DNA of 64,000 nt from positions 832,001-896,000 of the forward strand of contig OY969801.1 of NCBI GenBank assembly GCA_963703225.1. Reading direction: 5' to 3'. Within the stretch, counting starts at the first letter, position 1, and the number at the start of each line of letters is the position of its first letter. A program made the translations under genes and the position numbers. Source of the stretch: Candidatus Eiseniibacteriota bacterium (GTDB taxonomy: Bacteria; Eisenbacteria; RBG-16-71-46; SZUA-252). The notes under the pieces are model-generated. The model did not search any database. It saw only the letters and a program-made list of their open reading frames with translations, and was not told the origin of the DNA. Below are positions 31,151 through 42,118 of this stretch, one piece after another.

Positions 31151-32718
31151 TAGCGAAGCTCCGCCGCCATGCGGAGGAGCCACGCCGTCTCGTCGACGCC
31201 GCTCTGGTTGTTCACGTTCTCGCGCCGGCGGTAGCCGACTCCGGCGCTCAGGTCGACGTTGTCTCGGGGGAGCCAGCGCAGGTCGCCCCAGACTTCGCGC
31301 GCTTCCTCCACGACGCCCGAGAGGGATGAGTTCGAGACCGGTCCCATGGCGGGATACCAGGCCTCGCCGATTCGTCCCTCGCCCTTATTGACGAAATCCC
31401 CGGACCATCGGAGCTGCCAGTCGCGCGAGAGGTCGTAGCCGACCTCGAGCCAGAGATCCTCGACGTCCGGCCCCAGCACGTACCCGAGCGGCCGCTCGCG
31501 GTAGATGAAGTTCTCGTCGTAGTAGACGCTGTAGGTGAAATTCCGCACCCTGGCGTACTCCGCGAGGAAGTGGATCATGCCGTTCCCGAGGGGGCGGTCG
31601 CTGCGAAGCCCCGCCTGCCAGCCGAATCGGTCGGGCATCGACGTGTCCTCGGTTGTGAAATCGTCCACCAAGAATTCGCCGTAGAGGGTCAGGCCGGGCG
31701 AGAGGCGGAACGCCGCGTCGGTCGAGACCATGACGTTCGAGCGCTCTGCCGCACGCACCGAGTCGTTCGAGGCTTCGCGGACGTGGATCCGCTCGATCAG
31801 GGTGTAGGGGATGATCCCGATTCCGTAGAGGAGGTCGATGCCGTTGTTGGAGTAGCGGACCGCCTCGGCCAGCCCCAGCGTGAGCCGCCGGGTCGCCGCG
31901 AATTCCAGCCGGTGGGCCGCGAACATCCGGTCCTCCGCGTCGCGAGAGAACGCCCGACACCGCGGTCGCCGTGAGACGGCCCACGGCGTTTCCCTGAAAC
32001 ATGATGAATCCCATCGGCCCGGCCGCGTCGGAGAGAAGCAAGCGTGCCCCGTCGGCCCGGCCCCCATCGAAACTCGTCGTACCCGACGGCCCCGGTGACG
32101 GCGCCGCCCCGCGCCGTCATCTCCGCGTGGAGCACGGCGGCCTCGACGTCGGTGTGCGCCGCGATCGGGTCGATGAACTCGCGATCGCTCGCGGATTCTG
32201 GTGAAGGCGATGTCTTCATAGGCGCCAAACGCGGGCCAGAGCTGGAGCCCGGCGCGCACCCCCACCGCGGTCTCGTCGCGGAATCGGAAGTGGGCGCCGT
32301 CCCGGGTTTCGTCGTAGTCCCCGCGGACGTGGGCGGCGCTCTGAATGCGGAACCGGCTTTCCTTGGGGCCCACATCGACCAGCGGGCCGGTCTCGTGGCG
32401 ATCGGGCGGCTGCCCCAGGTCGCTCAGCTCTCGTGCGAACTCCCGCTCCAGGCGCTGATAGCTGAGGTTTTTCGGCAGGTCCTCGTGGAGCCGTCGGGCG
32501 CGGAGCAGCGCGTGGGCGATGTCGACCCGGACCAGAGGTCGGGTGTAGATACGAAGGGAGTCGAGAAGGCCCCGGGCGACGAGCACTTCGATCTCGTCGT
32601 AGGAAGCGCTCCCCACGGGCAGAAACTCCGCGGGCTCGGCCGCCGCCCCCGGCGCGACCCCCGCGCAGAGCAGCGCGGCCAGGACGATCGCTCGGATCGA
32701 CACCCGGGTCGGCATCAC
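31147..32718 (-). CDS. Second Wzi-family outer-membrane protein (frameshifts at ~31950-32200)
   Basis: Signal peptide; RWGPGRRGTL/LLSDAAGP, AAHRLEF, YGEFLVDD, EYARVRNFTYS, LGYVLGPDVE, NKGEG motifs shared with 20846..22423; ends ELRY. Confidence 0.78.
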   Translation of the reverse strand: MMPTRVSIRAIVLAALLCAGVAPGAAAEPAEFLPVGSASYDEIEVLVARGLLDSLRIYTRPLVRVDIAHALLRARRLHEDLPKNLSYQRLEREFARELSDLGQPPDRHETGPLVDVGPKESRFRIQSAAHVRGDYDETRDGAHFRFRDETAVGVRAGLQLWPAFGAYEDIAFTRIRERSRVHRPDRGAHRRRGRRAPRGDDGAGRRRHRGRRVRRVSMGAGPTGHACFSPTRPGRWDSSCFRETPWAVSRRPRCRAFSRDAEDRMFAAHRLEFAATRRLTLGLAEAVRYSNNGIDLLYGIGIIPYTLIERIHVREASNDSVRAAERSNVMVSTDAAFRLSPGLTLYGEFLVDDFTTEDTSMPDRFGWQAGLRSDRPLGNGMIHFLAEYARVRNFTYSVYYDENFIYRERPLGYVLGPDVEDLWLEVGYDLSRDWQLRWSGDFVNKGEGRIGEAWYPAMGPVSNSSLSGVVEEAREVWGDLRWLPRDNVDLSAGVGYRRRENVNNQSGVDETAWLLRMAAELRY

Positions 32719-32795
32719 GAGAGAGTATCCGAAGGTGTGGCCGCGAGGCCACAGGGTGCCGCTGGGACCGCGGCGCCTTTGCGGCCGGCCGCCGC

Positions 32796-32840
32796 TAACT
32801 CATTTGTTTTCAGCGATCTTTCCGGTGGCACGACGGCTGC
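32796..32840 (+). promoter_or_regulatory. Sigma54-like (-24/-12) promoter with upstream IHF-like AT-rich site
   Basis: TGGCACGACGGCTGC at 32826-32840 has exact GG-N10-GC spacing; TAACTCATTTGTTTT at 32796-32810. Confidence 0.6.
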
Positions 32841-32886
32841 TTTGTGGGTGACTGCCCAGTGCCACACTCAGCACCCGGAGGGAGTC

Positions 32887-33630
32887 ATGAAGCGTCTGGC
32901 TTGCGGTTCGACCTGGATTTGCGCGCTGCTCCTGGCGCGCCCGCCCCCGCGGCGGCCGCGGAGGCGAGCACGGTGCTCCTGCGCGCGGGCTCGTTTGGCT
33001 CCGTCGGCGGCGCGGCCGATCCGACACCGCGCGCCCTACGATTACCATCGCCAGGCTCCCTACGGGTTTCTTCACCCTTGGAGGCGGCGTTTTCGAGCCG
33101 GTCCACCAGCCGGGAAACGGATTTTACGGCGTGATTACCGCCGGCACCGAGGTGGGAAAGGCGCTCGACCTGGGGCTCCAGTTCTCCTGGTACCACCGCG
33201 GCTCGGAAGGAGAGCAATTCGTTGGCTCCTACGTGGGGCCCGGCGGGAACGTCATCCAGCAGTCGATCCAGACGCAGTCGGTCAACACCGACCTCCTGCC
33301 CCTTATGGGCATCGTCCGTCTGAAATTTCCGATCACCACCGTGCTCCAGCCCTACGTCGGCGGAGGCGCCGGATTTGAGTGGCTCTTCATCGAGGGGGTC
33401 GACGGCGCCGGGTACCAGTTCAGCAACGACTACGGCGGCTTTGGCGCCCAGGCGATGGCGGGCGTGAATCTCGCGCGCAAGCCCCACGGTCGCTCTCTAC
33501 GGCGAGGCCGTCTACAACTGGACCACCGTCGAGGCCGACTTCTACGATCCCTTCTACGGCGTCGTGGTCCACGAATCGCTCAACTACGACGGGCTGGGCC
33601 TACCACGGGGGTCTCCGATTCCGGTTCTAG
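32887..33630 (+). CDS. Outer-membrane beta-barrel protein (OmpA/OmpW-like 8-strand type); frameshifted
   Basis: GGAGGGAG RBS; LQPYVGGGAG, FGAQAMAGVN; C-terminal BAM-type signal GGLRFRF; pieces lie in several frames. Confidence 0.7.
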
Positions 33631-33732
33631 TTGTCTCCCAAACGTTTGTGCGCTAGTTTCCCGGCGAGCAGGGCCGGCCCGCGTCGGGCCGTAGGGGGTC
33701 TCGACCCAACGCCACCAAGGAGGGACTTCGCG

Positions 33733-34308
33733 ATGATTCGATCTGCGGTTCGTTTCACGACGCTGCTCGCGGCGGTCGGCGCTCCTCAGCGCCGGATCGC
33801 CCGCCTGGGCGCAGGATCACTCCGCGCAAGCGCAGAGCGACGTCGGACTCGGGGTCAAGGGGATCGGCGCGCGGATCGGCTACGTCGATCCGGAAGACGT
33901 GAGCGGCGCCGCCGTGCTCGGCCTCCACATGGACGCGGGGACCATCGTCAAGGGCGTCCACATGATGCCGTACATGGAGTACTGGAGCACGGGCGTCAAC
34001 GTCTCGGGCGTGAGCGCCGACATGAGCGACCTGGCGTTTGCGGTGGACGTGGACATGGATTTCCCGCTCCAGGGGAGCCGGATGACGCCATACTTGGGCG
34101 GCGGCTTGGGTCTTCACTTTCTCAGCGAGGACAGCAACGTTGGGACGCAGCTTCCGACGATACCAAGCTCGGGCTGAACATCCAGGGTGGAATCCGCAAT
34201 CAGGTCATGCCGAACATCTCACTCTTCGGCGAGGCCCGGTATGCGTTCGTTTCCGACGCGAGCCAACTCAAGTTTGTCGGCGGCTTTACGTACCAGTTCA
34301 TCTACTAG
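33733..34308 (+). CDS. Outer-membrane beta-barrel protein; frameshifted
   Basis: AAGGAGG RBS; GIGARIGYVDPE, TPYLGGGLGLHF, KLGLNIQGG, LFGEARY, ends GGFTYQFIY. Confidence 0.72.
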   Translation: MIRSAVRFTTLLAAVGAPQRRIARLGAGSLRASAERRRTRGQGDRRADRLRRSGRRERRRRARPPHGRGDHRQGRPHDAVHGVLEHGRQRLGRERRHERPGVCGGRGHGFPAPGEPDDAILGRRLGSSLSQRGQQRWDAASDDTKLGLNIQGGIRNQVMPNISLFGEARYAFVSDASQLKFVGGFTYQFIY

Positions 34309-34356
34309 TTGGCGCGCGTCGCCCGCGGCGGGGCGCGTCCCGACTCAGGAGGACTT

Positions 34357-35179
34357 ATGAGAGCGATCCGCATCGCTGGAGCGCTGCTGCTCGTCTTGGT
34401 TTGGCGGCGGCGCTCTCGGCCTGTCAGAAGAAGTCGGACATCCGAGATCTCGTCGACGATGCCGGAGGAGAATCCCGCGACCGCGCAGGAAACCCCGACG
34501 CCCGGAGCCACCACGCCGGAAGCCGCGGTGCCGGTCGCGCCGGAGTCGAAGCCCGTCGCGAAGCCGACCGCGGCCAAGTCGGCCACGACCAAGTCCGGCG
34601 CGTCCAAGTCGTCGCCCGCGGTTCCCGCCGCCGAAACGCGCACCGTCTCGCTGCCCCCGGGCGCGGTGTTCGACGTGGAGTTGACCACCGCGGTCAGCAC
34701 GGCGACATCCAATCTCAGCGACAAGATCGAAGGGACGCTGCTCCAGCCGCTGAGCGCGCCCGACGGGTACGTCATCGCGAATCAAGGCGCCATGATCCGC
34801 GGAGAGATCGCCGAGCTCAAGCGCGCGAGCAAGTCGCAGGGCCGAAGAAGACCGCGCGACGGTGAAGCTCGTCTTCACGTCGATCGAGACCGTGGATGGC
34901 GAGAAGTCGCTCAATGCAACGGTGACGAATGCCGAGGGGATGACGGCCGGCGGGACGGGCAAGCGGGACGCGCTCGTCATCGGCGGCAGCGCCGCCGTCG
35001 GCGCGATCCTCGGCAAGATCATCGGGAAGGATACGAAGGGCGCCGTGATCGGAGCCTTTAGCGGCGCCGTTCTCGGAACCGGCGCGATGATGGCGTCGAA
35101 AGGACACGAGCTGGAGGTCCCGGCCGGAAGCAAGATCACGCTCCGGGCGGAAGAGCCGATCACCGTCGTCGCCAAGTAG
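34357..35179 (+). CDS. Hypothetical lipoprotein with TrbI/VirB10-like beta domain and glycine zipper; frameshifted
   Basis: Lipobox LSAC in an alternate frame; Pro/Ala/Thr linker; LPPGAVFDVELTTAVST; IGGSAAVGAILGKIIG...GAVIGA; ELEVPAGSKITL. Confidence 0.65.
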
Positions 35180-35183
35180 CGCG

Positions 35184-35714
35184 GTGGGAGGTCAGGGGTT
35201 CGCGCTCTCGAACCCGTTCCTCGACATTGTTGTCCGCACCGCGGTCATCTACCTGATGCTTCTGGTGGGGCTCCGCCTCACGGGGAAGCGTCAGGTGGGG
35301 CAGTTCACCCCGTTCGATCTCCTGCTCCTCCTCCTCCTCGCCAACGCCGTCCAGAACGCGATGGTCGGCCCTGACACCACGGTCTACGGAGGCCTCATCG
35401 CCGCGGGGACCCTGTTCGCGTTGAACGGGGTCGTGGCCGCGATCTCGAGGAGGAGCCGCGGCGCCGCGAAGCTCGTGGAGGGAACGCCCACCCTGCTTAT
35501 CCGCCACGGCAACGTGCTGAAGGAGAATCTGGCCAAGGAAGGGGTCTCGGAGGAGGACCTGCTCCGGGCGCTCCGGGAGCACGGCGTCGAGGCGGTCTCG
35601 ATGGTGCGGAGCGCGATTCTGGAAGTGGACGGAACGATCAGCGTGCTGCGCGAGGACGAATTCCCCACCACGCCGCGCGCCCACCACCGCATCCGCTTCC
35701 GGCGGAATAACTGA
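35184..35714 (+). CDS. DUF421 (YetF) family membrane protein
   Basis: LRLTGKRQVGQFTPFDL, VEGTPTLLIRHG, AILEVDGTISV. Confidence 0.9.
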   Translation: MGGQGFALSNPFLDIVVRTAVIYLMLLVGLRLTGKRQVGQFTPFDLLLLLLLANAVQNAMVGPDTTVYGGLIAAGTLFALNGVVAAISRRSRGAAKLVEGTPTLLIRHGNVLKENLAKEGVSEEDLLRALREHGVEAVSMVRSAILEVDGTISVLREDEFPTTPRAHHRIRFRRNN

Positions 35715-35758
35715 TCCGCCCGAGGTGGCCTTCCTCGGCCGGGTCGCGACGAAATTCC

Positions 35759-36679
35759 CTAGAGGATCCGCTTCCCCAAGAGACTCTGCGCCAGCTCCAC
35801 CGCGAGGATCCCGGTCATGTTTCGCGTGTCGAGAACCGGGTTGACCTCCACTAGGTCGAGCGCGACGACGTTCGCCCGCTCGCTCAGGATCTCCATCGCG
35901 AGGTGGGCCTCGCGGTAGGAAATCCCGCCCCAGAGGGCCGTTCCCACGCCGGGCGCATCTTCCGGGTCCACGACGTCGAGGTCGAAGGAGACGTGGATTC
36001 CCGCCGTCCCGTCGCCGGCGATCTGGATCGCCTCGTTCACCACGTCGCGCATGCCGCGCTCGTCCACGTCGCGGATGGTCGAGACCTTCGCCCCGCTCTT
36101 CTTCAAGATCTCGCGCTCGCCGGGATCCAGGTCGCGCACGCCGATCAGGACGGTGCGCCGCGGGTCGATCTTGGGAGACCGGCCCCCGAGACCCGCGAGG
36201 TCGGGGTCGCCGAGCCCCATCGAGATGGCGAGCGACATGCCGTGGATGTTCCCCGACGGCGTGGTCTCGGGCGTGTTCGAATCGCCGTGCGCGTCGAACC
36301 AGATCACGCCGATGGCGCCGCCCTGCCGGTGAACGTGGTTGCTCACGCCCGCCAGCGAGCCGATGGCGATCGAGTGGTCGCCCCCCAGGACCACCGGCAT
36401 CTTTCCCTCGCCCAGGCTCCGCTCCACCTCGCGCCGAAGCGCGTCGCAGGCCGCGAGAATCGCCCGCTTATACCGAAGCACCGGCGCGCCCACCTCCAAG
36501 GTCTCGGGGATCATCACGTCGATGTCTCCAAAATCGGTGACCGTGTGGCCCAAGGCTTCCAGGTGACGCTCCAGATCGGCGATGCGGATGGCCGACGGGC
36601 CCATGTCGACCCCGCGGCGACCCTGCCCAAGATCCACCGGGGCGCCGATGATCTCGATTTTTCGCGCGTGTGATTCCAT
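35759..36679 (-). CDS. rocF: Arginase
   Basis: GQGRRGVDMGPSAIR, LGGDHSIAIG, WFDAHGDSNTPETTPSGNIHGM, SFDLDVVDP, DLVEVNP. Confidence 0.95.
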   Translation of the reverse strand: MESHARKIEIIGAPVDLGQGRRGVDMGPSAIRIADLERHLEALGHTVTDFGDIDVMIPETLEVGAPVLRYKRAILAACDALRREVERSLGEGKMPVVLGGDHSIAIGSLAGVSNHVHRQGGAIGVIWFDAHGDSNTPETTPSGNIHGMSLAISMGLGDPDLAGLGGRSPKIDPRRTVLIGVRDLDPGEREILKKSGAKVSTIRDVDERGMRDVVNEAIQIAGDGTAGIHVSFDLDVVDPEDAPGVGTALWGGISYREAHLAMEILSERANVVALDLVEVNPVLDTRNMTGILAVELAQSLLGKRIL

Positions 36680-36713
36680 GAGGCGCGAGAGTCTACCAGA
36701 GGAGGGCAAGTTC

Positions 36714-36743
36714 TTGACACCCACGCCTGCCGGGGCGGATACT
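36714..36743 (+). promoter_or_regulatory. Putative sigma70 promoter of the M42 peptidase operon
   Basis: TTGACA (36714-36719), 18 nt spacer, GATACT (36738-36743). Confidence 0.4.
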
Positions 36744-36793
36744 GGCGCGCGTTTCCGCCCAAATCGCACGCACTCTTCGAGGAGCCCAACCGG

Positions 36794-37859
36794 ATGGACG
36801 CCACCTACACGCTGCTCAAGGAATTGACGGAGGGATTTGGCCCCCCGGGCCACGAGGACGAGATCGCCGGCCTGATGCGAAAGAATCTCAAGGGGCTGGG
36901 CGAAGTCTCGCAGGACGGGCTGGGAAGCATTATCTGCAAGAAAAAGGGCACCTCGGATGAGCCCCGGGTCATGGTCGCCGGCCACATGGACGAGGTCGGC
37001 TTCATGGTGAAGGGGATCACCCCGGAGGGCTTCATCAAGTTTCTCCCGATGGGAGGCTGGTGGGGCCACGTCGTTCTCGCCCAGAAGGTCATCATCCGCA
37101 CCAAGAAGGGCGACGTGCAGGGGGTGGTGGGATCCAAGCCGCCCCACGAGCTGCAGGAGGACGAGCGGAAGAAGGTCCTCGACATCAAGGACATGTTCAT
37201 CGACGTCGGCGCCACGACGTATTTCGACGTGAAGAAGAAGCTCGGCATCCGCGCCGGCGATCCGATCGTGCCGGACGCGCCGTTCTCGGTGATGGGCAAC
37301 GACCGGCTCTACCTCGCCAAGGCGCTGGACAACCGCGTCGGCTGCGCGCTGGTCGTCGACACGCTCCGGAAGCTGAAGCTCGCCAAGCACCCGAATACGT
37401 TCTACGGCGTGGCCACCACGATGGAAGAGGTGGGGCTCCGCGGCGCGCAGACCAGCGTCGCCTCGATCAAGCCGCACGTCGCGATCGCGGTGGACGTGGG
37501 GATCGCGCACGACACGCCCGGCTCGATTGGAGACGGCGACGAGAAGCTCGGCGCCGGCGTCGGGATCCTGGTCTACGACGCCTCGCTGATCCCCAACCGC
37601 AACGCTCCGCGACCTCGCGGTCGACGTCTGCGAGCGGAACAAGATCACCTACCACCTGGGAACGGTGGAGCGCGGCGGCACCGACGCAGGGCGCTTCCAC
37701 GTCTACGACACCGGCGTGCCGTCGTTGGTGATTTTCATCCCGACGCGATACATCCACAGCCATTCGACGATCATGGATCGGAAGGACTACGACCAGGCGG
37801 TGCGGCTATTGACCGAGCTGACGAAGCGGCTGGACAAGAAGACGGTGGCGACGTTCTAG
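36794..37859 (+). CDS. M42-family metallo-aminopeptidase (frameshift near 37600)
   Basis: AGHMDEVG, KALDNRVGC, EEVGLRGA, AVDVG, then GGTDAG and PTRYIHSH. Confidence 0.93.
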
Positions 37860-37898
37860 GTCTGCGGGCGCCGCTCGCGGCGAGACCAGGGAGGGCGG

Positions 37899-38567
37899 AT
37901 GAGCCAGGAGGCGAAGAAATTTTTGGCCGAGATGATCGGGACCTTCGCGCTCGTGTTTTTCGGCGCAGGAGCGATTCTCCAGCACCAGGCGACCCAAGCG
38001 GTGGGAATCACCGGCATCGCGGTGGCGCACGGGATGGCGATCCTGGTCGGCGTCTACGCGTTTGGCCACATCTCCGGCGGCCATTTCAATCCGTCGGTGA
38101 CGTTCGGAATGCTGGTGACAAAGCGAATTCGTTTCGGCGGTGCCATCTCGTACTGGATCGCGCAGCTGGCTGGCGCGTGCATCGGCGCGTGGGTGCTGTT
38201 GAGGGCGTATCACGGACCGACTGAAGCGGCCCTCGGCGCTCCGGCCATCGCCGCGGGCGTGAGCCCGATCGCGGCGATGTGCCTCGAAGGAATCATGGCC
38301 TTCATGCTCGTCATCGTGATCTTCGGCACCGCGGTCGATCCGCGCGCCCCCAAGGGGTTCGCAGGGCTCGCGATCGGTCTCACGCTGGTCGGAAACATAC
38401 TCGCGGGCGGATCCCTCACGGGCGCCTCGTTCAATCCGGCCCGCGCGTTCGGCCCGGCGCTTCTCGCGGGACACTGGCAGGACCAATGGGTGTACTGGGT
38501 CGGACCGATGCTGGGCGGCGCGATCGCCGCGCTCCTCTACGACCGGATGCTCCTCGAGCGCCACTGA
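37899..38567 (+). CDS. MIP/aquaporin family channel
   Basis: AEMIGTF, ISGGHFNPSVT (NPS variant), GASFNPARAFGP, WVYWVGP. Confidence 0.95.
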   Translation: MSQEAKKFLAEMIGTFALVFFGAGAILQHQATQAVGITGIAVAHGMAILVGVYAFGHISGGHFNPSVTFGMLVTKRIRFGGAISYWIAQLAGACIGAWVLLRAYHGPTEAALGAPAIAAGVSPIAAMCLEGIMAFMLVIVIFGTAVDPRAPKGFAGLAIGLTLVGNILAGGSLTGASFNPARAFGPALLAGHWQDQWVYWVGPMLGGAIAALLYDRMLLERH

Positions 38568-38591
38568 GGCGTCTCCCGGGCGGGGGAACTG

Positions 38592-41500
38592 ATGGACCCG
38601 CGTCCGAGCACCATCGAGCGTGATCTTGGCCCGCTCCTCCAAGGCGAGGTTCGGACCGACCCGATCACGCTCGCGCTATTTTCCACGGCGGCCTGCATTT
38701 TCCGGCGGAAACCGATCGGCGGTCGTCTCTCCGCGCGCGGCGGACGACGTGGCGCGGACGCTGCAGTACGCGCACGCCAACGGGATTCCGGTCACGCCCC
38801 GCGGCGGAGGATCGAGCCTGGCGGGGCAGGCCCTCGGCCCCGGCATCATCCTCGACTTCTCCACCCACATGCACCGCGTCCTGGAGATCGATCCGGCCCG
38901 CCGCTGGGTGCGCGTGGAGCCCGGCGCGATCCACACCCGCGTCCAGCGCGCGGTGGCCCCGCACGGGCTTAGGCTCGGTCCCGATCCCTCGAGCGGCGAC
39001 TTCTGCACGATCGGGGGAAACGTGGGGACGAACGCCGCCGGGGCGCACACGCTTCGCCACGGCGCGACCAAGGACCACGTGGCTGCGCTCTCGGTGGTCT
39101 TGCACGACGGGGCGACGGCGCGCTTCTCGGAAGAGGGCGCGGCGGGCGGCCCGACGTGGGAGCGGGCGGAGCGCGAGCTGACGGAGCTCCTCCGCCGCAG
39201 CGCCTCGACGTTCGTCCCCGAGCGGCCGAAGGCGAACAAGAACTCGGCCGGATTCGACCTCTGGGGCGCGTGGAATCCTGGCGATTCCATCTCCTCCATC
39301 GCGCCCCGCTTCGATCCGATTCGCCTCTTGGTGGGCTCGGAGGGAACGCTGGGCATTGTGACCGAGGTCACCATGCGCCTCGTGCCCAAGCCGCGGTCGA
39401 CCGCGGTGGCGCTCCTCTACTTCGCCGGGTGGATGGAGGCGAGCGAGGCGGTGCTCGAGGCCCGCCGTCTCGGCGCCTCCGCGGTGGAGGCGATGGACTA
39501 CACCTTCCTCGCCTTCGTCCGGGAGCACCGTCCCGACCTCCGCGACCTCGTTCCAGAGAAATTTGTGGCCGGAATCTTGGTCGAATTCGAGGGAGAGACC
39601 GACGAGGAAGCGCGGACGGGGCTCGCCGCCCTGGAGGAGTGGGTCGCGCCGCGGCGGGGGAAGGTCATCGACTACCGGGCCGCGCGCACGAACGACGAGC
39701 GCACCGCGCTCTGGGCCGTCCGACGCGCCGCGCTGCCTCTGGTCTACCGCGCGTCTCCCATCGAGAAGCCGATGAACTTCATCGACGACACCGCGGTCCC
39801 CGCGGAGCGGCTCGGCGACTACATCGAAGGACTGAGGGCCATCTTCGCCAAGCACCGGACCCGCTACGTGATTTTCGGGCACGCCGGGAATGGAAACGTC
39901 CACGTCATGCCGTTGATGGACCCGCACGAGGGCACCTTCGCGGCGCGGATGGCCTCGATGGCGGAGGAGGCATTCGAGCTGACCTGGCGGCTGGGTGGCA
40001 CCATCACCGGCGAGCACGGGGACGGCGTTCTTCGGGCGCCCTATCTACGGCGCCAGTACCCGAACTCCTACCCGGTCATGGAGGCGGTGAAGCGCATCCT
40101 CGATCCGGATGGAATCTTGAATCCGGGAAACGTGATTTCGGGCGAGACGACGTTCCCCGAGAAATACCTGAGGTTCACGAACACCTTCGTCCCGACAGGG
40201 ACGGTCTTCGACGAGCCCGACCACCGCGCGATGATCGAGCTCTGCCACGGCTGCGGCACCTGCCGCGACTATTGCCCGGTGGGGAGCACCACGCTGCGCG
40301 AGCCCCACACCGCGCGCGCGAAGTCGGTGCTGCTGCTCGAGGTGATTCGCGGAGAGCTTTCCCGGGATCTCTTGAAGGAGAAGCCGTTCAAGGAGGTCAT
40401 GGACTCCTGTTTCAACTGCAAGCTCTGCCTCACCGAGTGCCCAAGCCAGGTCGACATCCCCGGGCTCGCGATTGCGGCGCGGCGGGAGTTCGTGGAAGCG
40501 CGGGGGATGCCGCTCCGCAATTGGGTCTTGGGCCGCGCCGAGCGGGTGGGGAGCCTGGCCGGCGGCGCCCCTGGGCTCGCAGCCTTGGCGAATCTGGCGA
40601 TCGGAAATCCCATCGAGCGCGTCGCCCGGGAAACGCTCGGCGGCGTCGCGGGGCAGCTCGACCTTCCGCGGTTTCGTCGCTCGTTCGGGACCGGCGATCA
40701 GGGATCGAAGCGAGCCCTCGCGCTACCGCTCACCCCGGCGGCGCCGTCCGGTGCGTCGGCGGTGGGGGCCGAATCGCACGCGGGCCACGCCGCGCAGGGA
40801 GGGCAACCGCCGCACGGAGGTCACGCCGCGCAGGGCGGCCACGCGCGCCTCGGCCCCATTCCGCCGCGCGACGTCCCCATCACCAAGAAGGTGGCCTATT
40901 TCGCCGGCTGCTTCGCGCGCTTCCACGATCCCGAGGGAGAAGCGACAGGAACCGTGAAGGTGCTCGAAGCGAACGGGATCGAGGTTGTGGTGCCCGAGCA
41001 GCACTGCTGCGGCATCGCGCTCATCACGATGGGGGCCGAGCGCTCGGTGCGCGCCGACGCAGAGCGAAATCTGCGCGTCCTTCTTCCGCTGGTCGATCGC
41101 GGATATACCGTCGTGGCGAGCGCGCCGTCGTGCGGCCTGGCCCTGATCGAGGACTATCCGAGGATTTTGGGGACCGACGACGCGAGGCGACTGGCCGACC
41201 ACACGATTGACGTCCACCAGTACCTCTGGCGTCTCTACCAGAAGGGCGAGATGCGCACCGATTTCAAGCCGGTGCCGATCTCGGTCGTCTATCACAATGC
41301 CTGCCACTCGGTGGCGCAGGGGATCACCGAGGAGCCGATCCGACTCTTGAAGCTCGTTCCGGGCGTAGAGGTCCGGCCGATCGAGGACTCCTGCTGCGGG
41401 ATCGCGGGGACCTATGGCATGAAGGCCGAGAACTATGACCGCGCGATGGAGATCGGCGATAAACTCTTCCAGGAGATCGACCGAACCAAGGCCGAGGCGA

Positions 41501-41601
41501 TCCTCACCGGCTGCGGCACCTGCAACATCCAGATCGCGAACGGGGTGAAGCGGGAGGTCGTGCACACCATGACGATTCTCAGACGGGCGTACGGAGTTTG
41601 A
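38592..41601 (+). CDS. FAD-linked oxidase fused to 2x[4Fe-4S] and CCG domains (GlcD/GlpC-type 2-hydroxyacid dehydrogenase family); frameshift near 38718
   Basis: RGGGSSLAGQA, PDPSS, GSEGTLG, GHAGNGNVH, TGEHGDG, CHGCGTC, CFNCKLCLTECP and two CCG motifs. Confidence 0.9.
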
Positions 41602-41644
41602 GACAGGCGCGCGGGCCAGTGGGGCGCTTCCAGAGGAGGATACC

Positions 41645-42118
41645 TTGTTGATCGGCGGGCTCGAGCTTCATCCTGCGATCGTTCACTTCCCGATCGCGCT
41701 GACCGTGGTGGGCGCGCTCGGCGCGATTGCCTACTCGATGCTCCGCAAGGACTGGCTTCGCTGGTTCGCGCCGATTCTCCTGTCGTTGGCGCTGCTCGGG
41801 GCCGCAGGCGCTTATTTCAGCGGCAAGTCGGCGGAGGACCGGGCCGAGGCGATCGGCGTGCCCGAAGCCGCCATCGACCAGCACGAGGAGACGGGCCTCT
41901 GGGCGCTGGGTTTGGTCGGCCTCGCCTGTCTCTTGAGCTGGGCGACCCATGTGCGGAAGCGGGGCGTTTGGATCTCCTCGATCGTCGCTGTCGCCGCGGC
42001 CGGCCTCGTGCTATGGAATGGGCACCTGGGCGGAAAGCTCGTCTTCGTCCACGGGGCAGGGCGGGTGCAGACGCCGCACTCGACCGGCACGCCCGCGGCG
42101 GAGCACGACACCGATTGA
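41645..42118 (+). CDS. DUF2231-family membrane protein
   Basis: LHPAIVHFPIAL, HEETG, GHLGGKLVFVHG. Confidence 0.82.
   Translation: MLIGGLELHPAIVHFPIALTVVGALGAIAYSMLRKDWLRWFAPILLSLALLGAAGAYFSGKSAEDRAEAIGVPEAAIDQHEETGLWALGLVGLACLLSWATHVRKRGVWISSIVAVAAAGLVLWNGHLGGKLVFVHGAGRVQTPHSTGTPAAEHDTD

Noticed and set aside
29207..31183. Long antisense and alternate-frame ORFs (also 1476..3104, 25431..26759, 54730..56025, 60767..62263)
   Set aside because: They lie opposite well-supported genes, have no motifs, and are expected in high-GC DNA.
34357..35179. TrbI/VirB10-like and TraF-like (49269..50612) proteins as signs of a conjugative element
   Set aside because: No VirB4, relaxase, coupling protein or pilin nearby; both folds occur as stand-alone envelope proteins.
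35759..37648. Arginase with a 320 aa N-terminal extension
   Set aside because: The extension is the antisense shadow of the M42 peptidase; arginase homology starts at 36679.
37899..38567. NPS instead of NPA in the first aquaporin motif; HFGH and KLSKS variants in ValS
   Set aside because: Within ordinary family variation.
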